Assembly: GCA_963844035.1 (NCBI GenBank)
Contig: CAWJMT010000037.1
Span: 1 to 64,000, forward strand
Origin: an uncultured Gemmatimonadales bacterium
GTDB taxonomy: Bacteria > Gemmatimonadota > Gemmatimonadetes > Gemmatimonadales > GWC2-71-9
DNA: 64,000 nt
Direction: 5' to 3'
The position numbers and the translations under genes were made by a program. Under the pieces are notes generated by a model, which saw nothing but the letters and a program-made list of their open reading frames with translations, did not search any database and had not been told where the DNA came from. This document shows positions 32,736-42,905 of the stretch, one piece after another. Numbering within the stretch: position 1 is the stretch's first letter; each line of letters begins with the position of its first letter.

Positions 32736-33821
32736 ATGAGCGACGACGGCCGAGACCGAACGACCCGCGCGCGAACGTATCTGGACGCGCTGGTCGCCGG
32801 CTCGCAGACCCCGGGCATTCAGTATCTGGTCCTCGATTCCGTGCACACCCTGCTGGAGTACGACGGTGGTTGGGCGGACCTGCGCCACCGCGTGCCGATG
32901 GACTCGAGCACCACGATGATGGCCTATTCGATGAGCAAGACCATCACCGCCGTGGCGGTGCTGCAGCTCGTCGAGGCGGGCAAGGTCGCGCTCGATAGCC
33001 CGGTCGTCCGGTACCTGGATTCGCTTCCCTACGGACCGGGGATCACCGTGCGGGAGCTGCTCGCGCACACGTCCGGTATTCCCAACCCGATTCCGTTGCG
33101 CTGGGTGCATCCGGCCGGGCAGCACGCGACGTTCGACGAGAGCGCGGCGCTGGCGGCGGTGCTGCGCCGGCATCCGCGGCCGGCGTCCGCTCCGGGCGCC
33201 AGGTACGCCTACTCGAACATCGGGTACTGGCTGCTCGGCAGCATCGTAGAACGGGCCAGCGGCGAGACATTCCCATCCTACGTGACCGGGCACGTGCTGC
33301 GGCCGCTCGGCATCGCGCCGCGGGATCTCGGGTACGCGATTCCCGATCCCACCCACCACGCGACCGGCTACCTCGCCAAGTATTCCTTCATGAACCTCGT
33401 GAAAGGCTTCTTGATCGACGACGAGCTGGTCGGAGAGTACGACGGCCGCTGGTTGGCGATCCGCAGCCACTACGTCAATGGAGCGGCGTTCGGCGGACTG
33501 GTGGGCACGGCCAGAGGATTCGGCGGGTTCCTCCAAGACCAGCTCAAGGGTACGTCCCGGCTGTTCGGCGCCAGTACCCGCACGCTGTTCTACGCACCCC
33601 AGCACACCGGAGACGGAACGCCCATTGCGATGACTCCAGGGTGGCATGTCGGGACGGTGGACGGGATTCGGTTCTTCTATAAGGAAGGGGGCGGTGGCGG
33701 GTTTCACCACGAGATGAGGATTTACCCCGATGATGGGATAGCGACCGTGGTCATGACGAATGCGACGGGCTTCAACGTCAAACAGTGCCTCAACACGCTC
33801 GACGCGCTATTTCTGCGCTGA
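32736..33821 (+). CDS. Serine hydrolase, beta-lactamase family (start may be slightly upstream)
   Basis: SMSK (SxxK), LLAHTSGI, YSN, KEG. Confidence 0.9.
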   Translation: MSDDGRDRTTRARTYLDALVAGSQTPGIQYLVLDSVHTLLEYDGGWADLRHRVPMDSSTTMMAYSMSKTITAVAVLQLVEAGKVALDSPVVRYLDSLPYGPGITVRELLAHTSGIPNPIPLRWVHPAGQHATFDESAALAAVLRRHPRPASAPGARYAYSNIGYWLLGSIVERASGETFPSYVTGHVLRPLGIAPRDLGYAIPDPTHHATGYLAKYSFMNLVKGFLIDDELVGEYDGRWLAIRSHYVNGAAFGGLVGTARGFGGFLQDQLKGTSRLFGASTRTLFYAPQHTGDGTPIAMTPGWHVGTVDGIRFFYKEGGGGGFHHEMRIYPDDGIATVVMTNATGFNVKQCLNTLDALFLR

Positions 33822-33887
33822 GCCTTTGCGGTTTCAGGTTGCGCGTACAGATTCCCAATCCGATTCTCTTATCACGCGAGCCGTTCA

Positions 33888-35240
33888 ATGGAACACCTCC
33901 TCAAGGCCACCGCCGACCGCGCCTGGCGCTATCGCCAGGGTCTCGAGCGTCGCAACGTCGCGCCCGCACCCGACGCGATCGCGAACCTGCGACGCTTCGA
34001 TGAGCCGCTCCCCGCGCTGCCCAGCGATCCGGAAGCCGTGATCGAGCTGCTCGATACCGTGGGCTCCCCGGCGACCATGGCATCAGCGGGCGGCCGCTTC
34101 TTTGGATTCGTGGTCGGCAGCTCGCTGCCCGCCACGGTCGCCGCGAACTTCCTCGCCGCGGCGTGGGATCAGAATGCCGGGATCGTGGTGCTCTCGCCCG
34201 TGGCCGCGAAACTCGAGACCGTCGCGATGCGCTGGATCTCCGAGCTGCTGGGCCTGCCGCCTGAGTGCGGGGCGGGATTCGTCACCTGCGCCACGCAGGC
34301 GAATTTCGCAGCGCTCGCCGCCGCGCGACACGCGCTGCTGGCGCGCCGCGGCTGGCAGGTGGAAACCCAGGGCCTGTTTGGTGCGCCGCCGATCACCGTG
34401 GTCGTGGGCGAAGAAGTGCACGTGAGCGTGCTGAAGGCGCTGTCGCTGGTCGGCCTCGGGCGCGACCGGGTCACCAAGGTCCCGGTGGACGATCGCGGCC
34501 GGATGCGTGCCGATGCACTCCCGCCACTCGATGAGAACACGATCCTGTGCTTGCAGGCGGGCGACGTCAACACCGGGGCCTTCGATCCTGCCGCGCACGT
34601 CATTCCGCTCGCGCATGCGGCGGGGGCGTGGGTGCACGTCGACGGCGCATTTGGGTTGTGGGCGGCGGCGGCACCTGCGCGGTCGCACCTGACACGCGGC
34701 TTCGCCGCGGCCGATTCGTGGGCCACGGACGCTCACAAGTGGCTCAACGTCCCGTACGACAGTGGCCTCGTGTTCGTGCGTCAACCGGAGCACCTGCACG
34801 CGGCGATGGCGGTGAACGCGCCGTATCTCGTGGTCGGCACGGAACGGGAGCCGGAGCATTTCACTCCCGATTTCTCACGCCGGGCCCGCGGCATCGAAGT
34901 CTGGGCGGCGCTGCGCTCACTCGGCAGGGAAGGGGTCGCGGAGCTGATCGAGCGGACCTGCCGCCATGCCACCACCTTCGCGGAAGGGCTGCGCGCGGCC
35001 GGCTACAAGATCTTGAACGACGTCGTCATCAATCAGGTACTCGTCTCATTTGGCGATCCCGACACGACTCAGCGTGTGATTGCGGCGATCCAGGCGGATG
35101 GCACGTGCTGGGCGGGGGCCACCAAGTGGCGCGGGCACTCGGCCATGCGGATCAGCGTGTCATCGTGGGCGACCACCGAGGAAGACGTCGAGCGTAGCCT
35201 CGCGGCCATGATTCGCGTGGCGGAACGGGTACGAACCTAG
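33888..35240 (+). CDS. PLP-dependent decarboxylase (group II, aromatic-amino-acid/glutamate decarboxylase-like)
   Basis: HVDGAFG and DAHKWLNVPYD motifs. Confidence 0.92.
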   Translation: MEHLLKATADRAWRYRQGLERRNVAPAPDAIANLRRFDEPLPALPSDPEAVIELLDTVGSPATMASAGGRFFGFVVGSSLPATVAANFLAAAWDQNAGIVVLSPVAAKLETVAMRWISELLGLPPECGAGFVTCATQANFAALAAARHALLARRGWQVETQGLFGAPPITVVVGEEVHVSVLKALSLVGLGRDRVTKVPVDDRGRMRADALPPLDENTILCLQAGDVNTGAFDPAAHVIPLAHAAGAWVHVDGAFGLWAAAAPARSHLTRGFAAADSWATDAHKWLNVPYDSGLVFVRQPEHLHAAMAVNAPYLVVGTEREPEHFTPDFSRRARGIEVWAALRSLGREGVAELIERTCRHATTFAEGLRAAGYKILNDVVINQVLVSFGDPDTTQRVIAAIQADGTCWAGATKWRGHSAMRISVSSWATTEEDVERSLAAMIRVAERVRT

Positions 35241-35284
35241 GGAAGACGACTATCTTACGCCGTCTTTCATAAGGAGAGCCGCGA

Positions 35285-35644
35285 ATGCTCACCGCCATGA
35301 ACCGGATCTACGTGGCACCGGAATTTGCCGAGCAGCTCGAGCAGCGCTTTCACACGCGGGCCGGGTTGGTGGACGGTATGCCCGGGTTCGTCTGGAACAA
35401 GGTGCTGCGCCCGGTCAACCCGGGAGACCCGTACGTCGTGCTGACCCTGTGGGAGTCGCGCGCCGCGTTCGATGCGTGGGTACACTCGGACGCGTTCGCG
35501 AAGGGGCACGCCCGCTCGGGCACGCTGCCCAAGGAAGCGTTCCTGCGGCCGAGCCAGCTCGAGCTGCACGAGGTGTTCACCGACTCGAGTCAGCCGGACT
35601 TGAAGCCGGAGCCGCGCGGTAAGCCGGTCGCCTTTCACGGGTGA
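35285..35644 (+). CDS. Antibiotic biosynthesis monooxygenase, IsdG/HmoA-like heme-degrading type
   Basis: AMNRI, MPGF, TLWESRAAFDAWVHSDAFAKGH. Confidence 0.88.
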   Translation: MLTAMNRIYVAPEFAEQLEQRFHTRAGLVDGMPGFVWNKVLRPVNPGDPYVVLTLWESRAAFDAWVHSDAFAKGHARSGTLPKEAFLRPSQLELHEVFTDSSQPDLKPEPRGKPVAFHG

Positions 35645-35689
35645 CCTCACCCCCCGACCCCCTCTCCACTGACGTGGAGAGGGGGAACG
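35645..35689 (-). repeat. Left REP-like palindromic unit
   Basis: CCTCACCCCCCGACCCCCTCTCCACTGACGTGGAGAGGGGGAACG; starts immediately after the upstream TGA. Confidence 0.93.
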
Positions 35690-36042
35690 AAGAGACGAAC
35701 CTCGTCAGAGAGAATGCTCGCCAGGTGTTCTCTCGTCACATCGCGATTGCATAGTCGAAGGACCTTGAAGCCCTGGGCTTCCATGTACGCCGATCGAGCC
35801 ACGTCGTATTGGGATTGCTCTTCGCCCATGTGAACGTCGCCATCAATTTCAAGAATCAGGCGCAGTTCCGCACAGTAGAAGTCAACGATGAACCCCAGCA
35901 GCAAGTACTGCCGCCTGAACTTGAGGCCGAGCATTTGCCGATCACGCAGGAGATCCCACGCCCGCTTCTCCGCGAGCGTCGCCTCGCGCCGCAGTTGTCG
36001 CGCACGGGCGACCTTCTCGCGTGATCCACGTCCACGTCGCAC
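35647..36042 (-). CDS. DUF559 (Vsr-like PD-(D/E)XK) endonuclease-domain protein
   Basis: ARQLRREATLAEKRAW, GLKFRRQ, FIVDFYC, LILEIDGDVH, GFKVLR. Confidence 0.92.
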   Translation of the reverse strand: MRRGRGSREKVARARQLRREATLAEKRAWDLLRDRQMLGLKFRRQYLLLGFIVDFYCAELRLILEIDGDVHMGEEQSQYDVARSAYMEAQGFKVLRLCNRDVTREHLASILSDEVRLFVPPLHVSGEGVGG

Positions 36043-36115
36043 AGTGCAGAGATAGAGCAGTTTTCCATCGAACCGCAAACCAGACCTATGCCGTGGGTAA
36101 CCCAATCTTCGCGTG

Positions 36116-36189
36116 CGTTCCCCCTCTCCACGTCAGTGGAGAGGGGGTCAGGGGGTGAGGCAAACGACACGTCAGCGGAGAGGGGGCCA
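36116..36189 (+). repeat. Right REP-like palindromic unit (36116-36160) plus a partial copy (36169-36189)
   Basis: CGTTCCCCCTCTCCACGTCAGTGGAGAGGGGGTCAGGGGGTGAGG, then ACGTCAGCGGAGAGGGGGCCA. Confidence 0.93.
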
Positions 36190-36293
36190 CGGCGCGTTCG
36201 TGACCCTGTCGGCCACGATCACGGAGAAGCTGCACCCCCGCGGACGCGCGCTATGTCGAAAACGCGCGGAACCGCATACCTTAGCCGACGCAC

Positions 36294-36926
36294 ATGCCCA
36301 ACGCACTCCTCATCGCCGCCGCGGGCGTCCTCCTGCTGGTGCTGGGCGGTATGGAGCTTGTCGCCGCGTGGCGCGCGCTCCGCGGGCACCATTTGAGGGC
36401 CGGCGGCATCAGCGCCCTGTTCGGTGTGCCGCTCTTCGCGCTCGGGGTCCTTGCCAGCACGGTCAGCGTCGCCACGCGAGGCTATCGCGCTCTCACGCAC
36501 GAAGAGCTGGCAGCGACCGTCAGAACCGAGCCGTTGTCGCGCCAGCGCTTCCGTGCGACCGTCATCATGCCGGGAGGGCGGCTCGCGATGTACGACCTCG
36601 CCGGAGACGCGTTCTACGTCGACGCACACATCGTCAAGTGGCACCCCATAGCGAACATGCTGGGGCTGCACACCGCCTACGAGCTCGACCGGGTTGCCGG
36701 GCGCTATGACGAGTTGCGGGACGAGCAAACCAAACCGCACACGGCCTACGCGCTCGCGCGTCCCAAACTGTTCGACATGTTCACCGTGGTGAGGTGGTTT
36801 CCGATCGTCACCCCGATCGTGGACGCGGAGTATGGGTCGGCCACCTTCGCCGCTGCCCGCGAGTCGACCGCGTTCATCATCCTCGTATCCACGACGGGGC
36901 TTCTGACTCGACCGATCCCGTGGTGA
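36294..36926 (+). CDS. Hypothetical membrane-anchored protein
   Basis: Two N-terminal TM segments; DAHIVKW, YELDRVAGRY, VDAEYGSATF. Confidence 0.8.
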   Translation: MPNALLIAAAGVLLLVLGGMELVAAWRALRGHHLRAGGISALFGVPLFALGVLASTVSVATRGYRALTHEELAATVRTEPLSRQRFRATVIMPGGRLAMYDLAGDAFYVDAHIVKWHPIANMLGLHTAYELDRVAGRYDELRDEQTKPHTAYALARPKLFDMFTVVRWFPIVTPIVDAEYGSATFAAARESTAFIILVSTTGLLTRPIPW

Positions 36927-36937
36927 TTGGGGCTAGC

Positions 36938-37325
36938 TTGCCTTCAACTGACCACGATCCCGCCCGCGCGCGGAAGTTTCGCCAGGCGGCGTTTGTCTAT
37001 CTCCACGTGGCGATCCTCTATGAGGCCTCCGCGTACGCCATGTGGCGCCACGGCCTGCTCCCGGTCGGCCGCGGCCCCGCCTGGGTGTGGCTCATCCTCG
37101 GCGCGCTCGTCGCCGGAGCGATCTTTTGTCGGCCTGTTGCGCTGGCAGAACGCCATATTCGCCCGCGTCATCTGGGCGATCCATGGCATGCGGCTCCCGG
37201 CTCTCATCAGCTCCGCGTTCATCGCGACGGCGGAGAGCGGGCTGACGCGCGGCTTCTACATCACGGCGATCGTCGTCGTCGTGATCAATCTGTGGATGCT
37301 CGCGCGCGCGGGGTGGGATCTGTAA
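36938..37325 (+). CDS. Hypothetical membrane protein; frameshift near 37125
   Basis: Hydrophobic segments in two frames join: KFRQAAFVYLHVAILYE...INLWMLARAGWDL*. Confidence 0.7.
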
Positions 37326-37336
37326 CGGTCAAACCT

Positions 37337-37642
37337 TCAATACCACTCGGCGACCCCGCCATGATGGGAGCAGGTGCCGGAGCGCGTCTGGCTGTGCGAG
37401 TACGTCCCGTCCTTACACTTTGCCGTCGCGCCGGCGGGGTGCCCACCGCTCGAGCTTGGCTTCTTGGCGGCGGGTTTGGGCGTGAGTTTTTCGGCCACTC
37501 CGCCGTGGTGCGAGCATATGCCTTGGGACTTGGTGGCGGTGCTGTAGGTACCGTCCTTACACCGGGCAGTAGCGTTCGCGGGCGCCTGTGCCACCAACGC
37601 CGTACCGATCAGCCCCCACACCAATAGACCAGCGATTCTCAT
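37337..37642 (-). CDS. Secreted DUF3761 protein with two Cys/His repeats
   Basis: Two ATAxCKDGTYS...CSHHGGVAE units after a signal peptide. Confidence 0.85.
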   Translation of the reverse strand: MRIAGLLVWGLIGTALVAQAPANATARCKDGTYSTATKSQGICSHHGGVAEKLTPKPAAKKPSSSGGHPAGATAKCKDGTYSHSQTRSGTCSHHGGVAEWY

Positions 37643-37774
37643 GTGGGTGCGCATACGCCCCCGGGACGAGTTGTTGAACTGCGGTTGACCGCTGGTTGAT
37701 AACGTACCGCCCAGGGTGGCGGACGCCAGAAGCCGGGTCGCGCTTCCGTGCACGTCGCCGGTAAATTCCGCGCC

Positions 37775-38899
37775 ATGCACGCACGCGCCCCCGAACCCGC
37801 GACGGACCTGCGCCGTCACCTGTTTTACGAAACGTCCCACTCCCCCGCACTCGCCGATCTCGTCGGCTACGAGCGGGCCCAGGACATCATCGATTTCTGC
37901 TTCATCGCCAATCCGTACTATCCGACCCCCGAGATGCTCGAGGACCTGCAGCGCAACCTGCCGAACCTCATCAAGTCCTATCCCTCGAGCACCCCGGCAC
38001 TCGGCCAGGAGCACCTCGCGAGCGTGCTGCACGTCAACCCCGACCACCTGGTGATCGGCAACGGCGCCACCGAGATCATCGCGCTCATCAACACGACGCT
38101 GATCGACCGCATCGCGGTGCCGATTCCGACGTTCGGTGAGTACATCGAAAAGATGAAAGACCTGCGCGATGCCGAGCTGTATCCGCTGGACCCGAACCAC
38201 CGCTACGAGCTGCGGCTGGGCGAGTACCTCGACTGGGTCCGCAAGCGCAACCTCACGGCGCTGCTGCTGATCAATCCCGGCAACCCGACCGGGCAGTTGA
38301 TCCCGCTCGACGAGATGATGGCATTCATGCGGGAGACGAAGGACCTGGAGCTGGTGATCGTGGATGAGTCGTTCATCGATTTCGCCGGCGAGTCGGTGCC
38401 CAGCCTGCTCCCGCATGCCGACCAGTTCTCGAACCTGTTGATCGTCCGCAGCATGAGCAAACATTGCGGCGTGCCGGGGCTGCGGCTGGGATACTGCTAC
38501 AGCGCGAACCTCTACATCCTGAACCGGCTGCGGCGGTTTCTTCCGACCTGGAACCTGAACACGCTGGCGCAGTACTTCCTGTCGCTCCTGCCGTCCACCG
38601 ACGCGGACTATCACGTGGCGCGCAAACGGCTGATCGGCGACGTGCGGGCGCTGCACGACGCGCTGCAGCAAGTCCGCTCGCTCGAGGTGTACCCGACCGG
38701 CGCGAACTTCGTGCTCTTCAAGATCACCAACGGCACGACGGCCACGGAGCTGCAGCGCCGCCTGCTGGAAGAGCACGGGATGTACGTGCGCGACTGCTCC
38801 AACAAGGTGGGCATGGACCAGTTCCACGTGCGCGTCGCGTCGCAGGGCCGGGAGAAAGACGCCCGCCTGGTGGACGCCCTCCGTATCCTGACGCGATGA
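37775..38899 (+). CDS. Class I/II PLP-dependent enzyme (HisC/CobD-like)
   Basis: GNGATE, NPGNPTG, VDESFIDF, RSMSKHCGVPGLRLGY. Confidence 0.9.
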   Translation: MHARAPEPATDLRRHLFYETSHSPALADLVGYERAQDIIDFCFIANPYYPTPEMLEDLQRNLPNLIKSYPSSTPALGQEHLASVLHVNPDHLVIGNGATEIIALINTTLIDRIAVPIPTFGEYIEKMKDLRDAELYPLDPNHRYELRLGEYLDWVRKRNLTALLLINPGNPTGQLIPLDEMMAFMRETKDLELVIVDESFIDFAGESVPSLLPHADQFSNLLIVRSMSKHCGVPGLRLGYCYSANLYILNRLRRFLPTWNLNTLAQYFLSLLPSTDADYHVARKRLIGDVRALHDALQQVRSLEVYPTGANFVLFKITNGTTATELQRRLLEEHGMYVRDCSNKVGMDQFHVRVASQGREKDARLVDALRILTR

Positions 38900-39632
38900 C
38901 GCGGCCGGCGGTCGTCGTCGTCACGCGACGCTCGATTCGCAAGAACAGACTGATCGACTACGTGGCCGAGCTGCACCTCGAGCTGCTCACGCGGCTCGGG
39001 CTGCCGTCCCGTGATGGTCCCCGTGGTCTCCGGCACGCTTGCCGTCCATCCCCGAGTACGCGCGCGGGATGCGGGGGCTGTTGCTGGTCGAAGGCGAAGA
39101 TATTGAAGCGACGCGCTACAAGGCCGAGCCTGCCCTCCTCGCGCACCTCGAGGAAACCCATCCGCTCAAGGACGAGATCGAAACGCGACTGGTGCGCGCC
39201 GCCCTCAAAGCCCGCGTTCCCATCCTCGGGATCTGCCGGGGCTCACAGCTCGTGAACGTGGTGTGCGGCGGCACGCTGCACGTGGACGTTCAGGCAGAGA
39301 AGCAATCAACGCTCAAGCACATCGACTACGACAACTACGACGCGTACCGCCATCCCGTCGCGATCCTCCCCGGTACCCCGCTCGCGCGCTGGTACCGCGA
39401 ACAGAGCCTCGCGGTCAACAGCTACCACCATCAGGGGATCCGGAAGCTGGCGCGCCGGTTTCGGCCGATGGCGCACGCGGACGACGGACTGATCGAGGCG
39501 TACTACGACCCGGCGGCAAAGTTCGTCGTGGGCCTGCAATTCCACCCGGAGCGCATGCTGGACGAGCACCCCGGCAACCTGCGTGTCTGGAAAGCGTTTG
39601 CGGCAGCCGTGCGAGGCCGCGGCGCCCGCTAA
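38896..39632 (+). CDS. Peptidase C26 / gamma-glutamyl-GABA hydrolase-like glutamine amidotransferase; frameshifts near 39005-39040
   Basis: LGICRG, VNSYHHQ, LQFHPE; ATGA overlap with the upstream gene. Confidence 0.88.
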
Positions 39633-41471
39633 GGTCTTCCCGGGAACGGCAGCCGGGGCAGGGCAGCCTTCCTGGTCAGCTCCTTCAATTGCTTGTCCAA
39701 GTCGGCGCGCACCGCCGTCAGCTCACTCTGCTGTTTGGCGAGACGGGCCTGCACCTCCTCCTGCACCGCGCTGACCCGCTGGCGCGCGGCGGCGACCTGT
39801 TTGTCCACCAGGCTGTCGACCTGAGCGCGCACCCGCCGTTCCGCCTGCTCGACCTTGGCGCCGATTTCCTGACGCAGCCGGCGCGCCAGCTCGGTACCCA
39901 GATTCGAGCTGACGGCAAACGAGGGCTTGGTGAGTGCGCCGCGGATCCGGCCTTCGACCTCCACGTCCTTCACGCCGCTCACGGCACGCCACACCAGGTC
40001 CTCGACGTCCCGCGCGGTTCCTGCCGGCGCGGCACCCGAATCGGCCAACCGCTGCCACTCGACGTTCGTGGACCGAACCTGCCAGCGGGCGAGAATCTCG
40101 CTGCCGCGCCGCACCAGTGATACCTCCGTCGTGCCCGCGCCGAGCACGGCGCGGGCCTGCACCGGGGGCAGTTCCACCGTGGGCAGCGCGACCCCGGCAA
40201 CGAACGCCTCGACCGAATCGCGCGTCGGCGTCTTGATGTGATCGACCTGCCCCGCCACCCGGACGTTCTTGGGTCCGGCGCGCCCAGCGCTCCGCTGCGC
40301 CAGAAACTCGAACGGGTGACCGTACAGTGCGGGTTCGGTGGTGAGTCCGACGAGACGCGCCACGTAGTCACCGGCGGCGGCGCCCGTCCCCCCGAGCGTC
40401 AGGTCGAGTGACGCGAACCGCAACAGGAACTGAGGCAGGCCGCGCGCGCGCGGGAACGCAACCGTGGTGCCGGCCATGCGCATCCGCCTGGGACCGTCGT
40501 GCGCATGCGGCATGAGACCAGCCGGCATGTACTGCTCGACCAGCTGCGCCCAGTAGAGCAGGGTCTGCAGCCGGTCGAGCGCCGTGCGGCCGAACAGCGC
40601 CGGCGAGATGTCGGCCTCTTCGAGTGACGGGAGCTTGAGCAAGCCGCGCGCCCAGGTGTAGTCGCCGCGGCGCGCCTCGTCCAATCCGGACACGCCCGAG
40701 CGGAGCCGCGCCACGCCGGAATCGACCCCGCGCTGCAGCTTGCGCACCTGATCGAGCGTGCTGGTGAGCCCTTTGAGCGTCGCCTGGCTGGTTTGCACCG
40801 TGCTGCGCACGCCGTCGAGCCCGAGCGCGCGCACGTCGAGCGTGCGCAGCCGTTCGACCAGCGCCTTGGCGGAATCGATCTTCGGGCCCGGGGTCGAGCG
40901 TGCGCGCGTCGGTTTCCCAGACGCGCCGCGCGGAATCGCTGAGTTGCACGATCGCCCGCGCCTGTTGCGTCGTGCGTAAGCTGTCGGGGTTGAGCGGCGG
41001 CAGGTCGATCGCCTTGCCGAAGCCCTCCACACTAAAGGAAGGGATCCGGATCTGCTTGGCCCACACCGTCACTTGTCGCGCCACCGCGCCCGTCGTCGCG
41101 CTCGGGTGCGCCAGCGCGCCCGAGGTGGTACGCGGGGTGTTGAACCGCACCTCGCGCGCGAGCAGGGTGTCGACGATCACCTTCTTCTCCAGCAGCGGGA
41201 GCGGCCGCACCATCGCGGTGATCTGGGCAACTTCGACGAGATTTTCCATCGGCTTCGAGGGGTTCGCCACCTGCAACCCGCGCAACACGATCCGGCCCGC
41301 GCCGAGCTGCACGTGAGCGGATGCGAGCTCGACCTTGGCCCCGACGAGGATCTCGCCCGTCGCGATGATGCTGCGCCGGACCAGCGTATCCAGGAACACC
41401 ACGACCAGGATGGCCAGCAACAGGACCACGGCGGCGAAAGTGCCGATCGCCTTCCAGCGGAACAGCTTCAT
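39629..41471 (-). CDS. TIGR03545-like protein; frameshift near 40890
   Basis: N-terminal anchor MKLFRWK...GAKVEL...LQVANP, long helical region, adjacent to a TIGR03546-like gene. Confidence 0.75.
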
Positions 41472-41986
41472 GGCCGGAACAGCTTGTAGACGGTGTACGC
41501 TTTCGATGCGGTGATGACCTGGAACAGCCGCAGCCGCTGCAGCCGTGCGTACACACGCTGGCGGTATTGGGCAATCAGCCAGCGTAGCAGGATGAATAGT
41601 GGAACAAAAGCCGCCGCCCAGACTACTACACTGCCCAGCACGACGGTGTTGTTGAAGTTGGTCAGCGGCAGGACGGGCGTGTTGAACCACACGGTCCAGG
41701 TCGCATCGAGTGCCGGCGTCTCGAGCAGCAGGTGACGCCCGATGGCGTGAAATACCGGGTCGAGCGCGAACCCGAGCGGTATGAACAGCGCCCAGCCGAG
41801 CATGAAGCCGGGGAACGAGACGTTCAAGAGCATCGCCGCGCCGAGGATCACCAGGTTGTGGAGATTCATGATCGGCGTGAGGCCGAGCGCCGAGCCGAGG
41901 GCGATGCCGGCCGCGAGCTGGCCCGGGGTCCCCTGCGAGTTAAGGGAGCGAACGACGCTTTGAATCAACTTGATCAGTGCGAGCAT
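41468..41986 (-). CDS. TIGR03546 (DUF2062) family membrane protein
   Basis: LNSQGTPGQLAAG and FNNTVVLGS motifs. Confidence 0.85.
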   Translation of the reverse strand: MLALIKLIQSVVRSLNSQGTPGQLAAGIALGSALGLTPIMNLHNLVILGAAMLLNVSFPGFMLGWALFIPLGFALDPVFHAIGRHLLLETPALDATWTVWFNTPVLPLTNFNNTVVLGSVVVWAAAFVPLFILLRWLIAQYRQRVYARLQRLRLFQVITASKAYTVYKLFRP

Positions 41987-41998
41987 GGGTCAAAAGTA

Positions 41999-42814
41999 AT
42001 GAAAATCCACTCGCTCGCCGTTGCCTGTCTGCTGGTCGTGACCGGGACCGCATGTCACCGACCGATGAACTACACCAGCGTCGTGGGACCGCGCTACGCC
42101 GCAACCGCGGCGCCGCGCCCGACCGCCCGCGAGGACGGTGTGGTCCGCGTGGTCACGTTCAACATCAAGTGGGCGCTCCACACCGATTCCGCGATTGCCT
42201 TGCTGCAGTCGGATCCGTCACTCCAGGACGCCGATATCATCACGCTGCAGGAGATGGATGATCCGGCGACCCGGCGCGTCGCCGAGGCGCTCGGCATGTC
42301 GTACGTCTACTATCCTGCCACCCTGCATCCGCAGAGCAAGCGCGACTTCGGAAACGCGATCCTGTCCCGCTGGCCGATCACCGATGACCGGAAGATCGTC
42401 CTGCCGCATCCGGGGCGGTTCGCCAGGACGGTGCGCATCGCGACCACGGCGACCGTGACGGTGCGCGGCATACCGGTGCAGGTCTATTCGGTGCACCTCG
42501 CCACCTGGATCGAGCGCGGGCCGGGACAGCGGCGTGAGCAGGCGCGTGCCGTGGTGGACGACGCCGCCCAGTACGAGCGCGTTATCGTGAGCGGCGACAT
42601 GAACAGCCACGGGATCGGCAAGGTCGTGCAGGAGGCAGGCTACACCTGGCTCACGGAGCACAATCCTTCCACCGTTCTCCTAGGGAATTGGGACCACGTG
42701 TTCGTCAAAGGATTCGCTGCGACCGACGGGACCCCCACGGGCGTGGTGAGCGATAACCGGCACGCGAGCGATCACAAGCCCGTGTGGGTGGCGGTGTCGC
42801 TCGGCGGAGACTGA
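41999..42814 (+). CDS. Endonuclease/exonuclease/phosphatase family lipoprotein
   Basis: TFNI, LQE, GNAILSR, GDMN, DHVF, SDH. Confidence 0.9.
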   Translation: MKIHSLAVACLLVVTGTACHRPMNYTSVVGPRYAATAAPRPTAREDGVVRVVTFNIKWALHTDSAIALLQSDPSLQDADIITLQEMDDPATRRVAEALGMSYVYYPATLHPQSKRDFGNAILSRWPITDDRKIVLPHPGRFARTVRIATTATVTVRGIPVQVYSVHLATWIERGPGQRREQARAVVDDAAQYERVIVSGDMNSHGIGKVVQEAGYTWLTEHNPSTVLLGNWDHVFVKGFAATDGTPTGVVSDNRHASDHKPVWVAVSLGGD

Positions 42815-42905
42815 CGCACCACCACGCATTGCCGCAGTTCGTTCCTCCGTACATCTTCAGTCCTTCCTTAGTGCTCCACTCGCGGAACAGAAGGAGTCGC
42901 AGCGA

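Larger units (their letters stand above)
35645..36160. mobile_element. Candidate element: DUF559 endonuclease gene enclosed by 45-bp inverted palindromic repeats
   Basis: 35645-35689 is the reverse complement of 36116-36160 at 44/45 positions. No target-site duplication is seen; mobility is inferred only. Confidence 0.55.

Noticed and set aside
35645..36160. Classical IS element
   Set aside because: No DDE or HUH transposase motifs and no target-site duplication; kept only as a candidate non-classical element.
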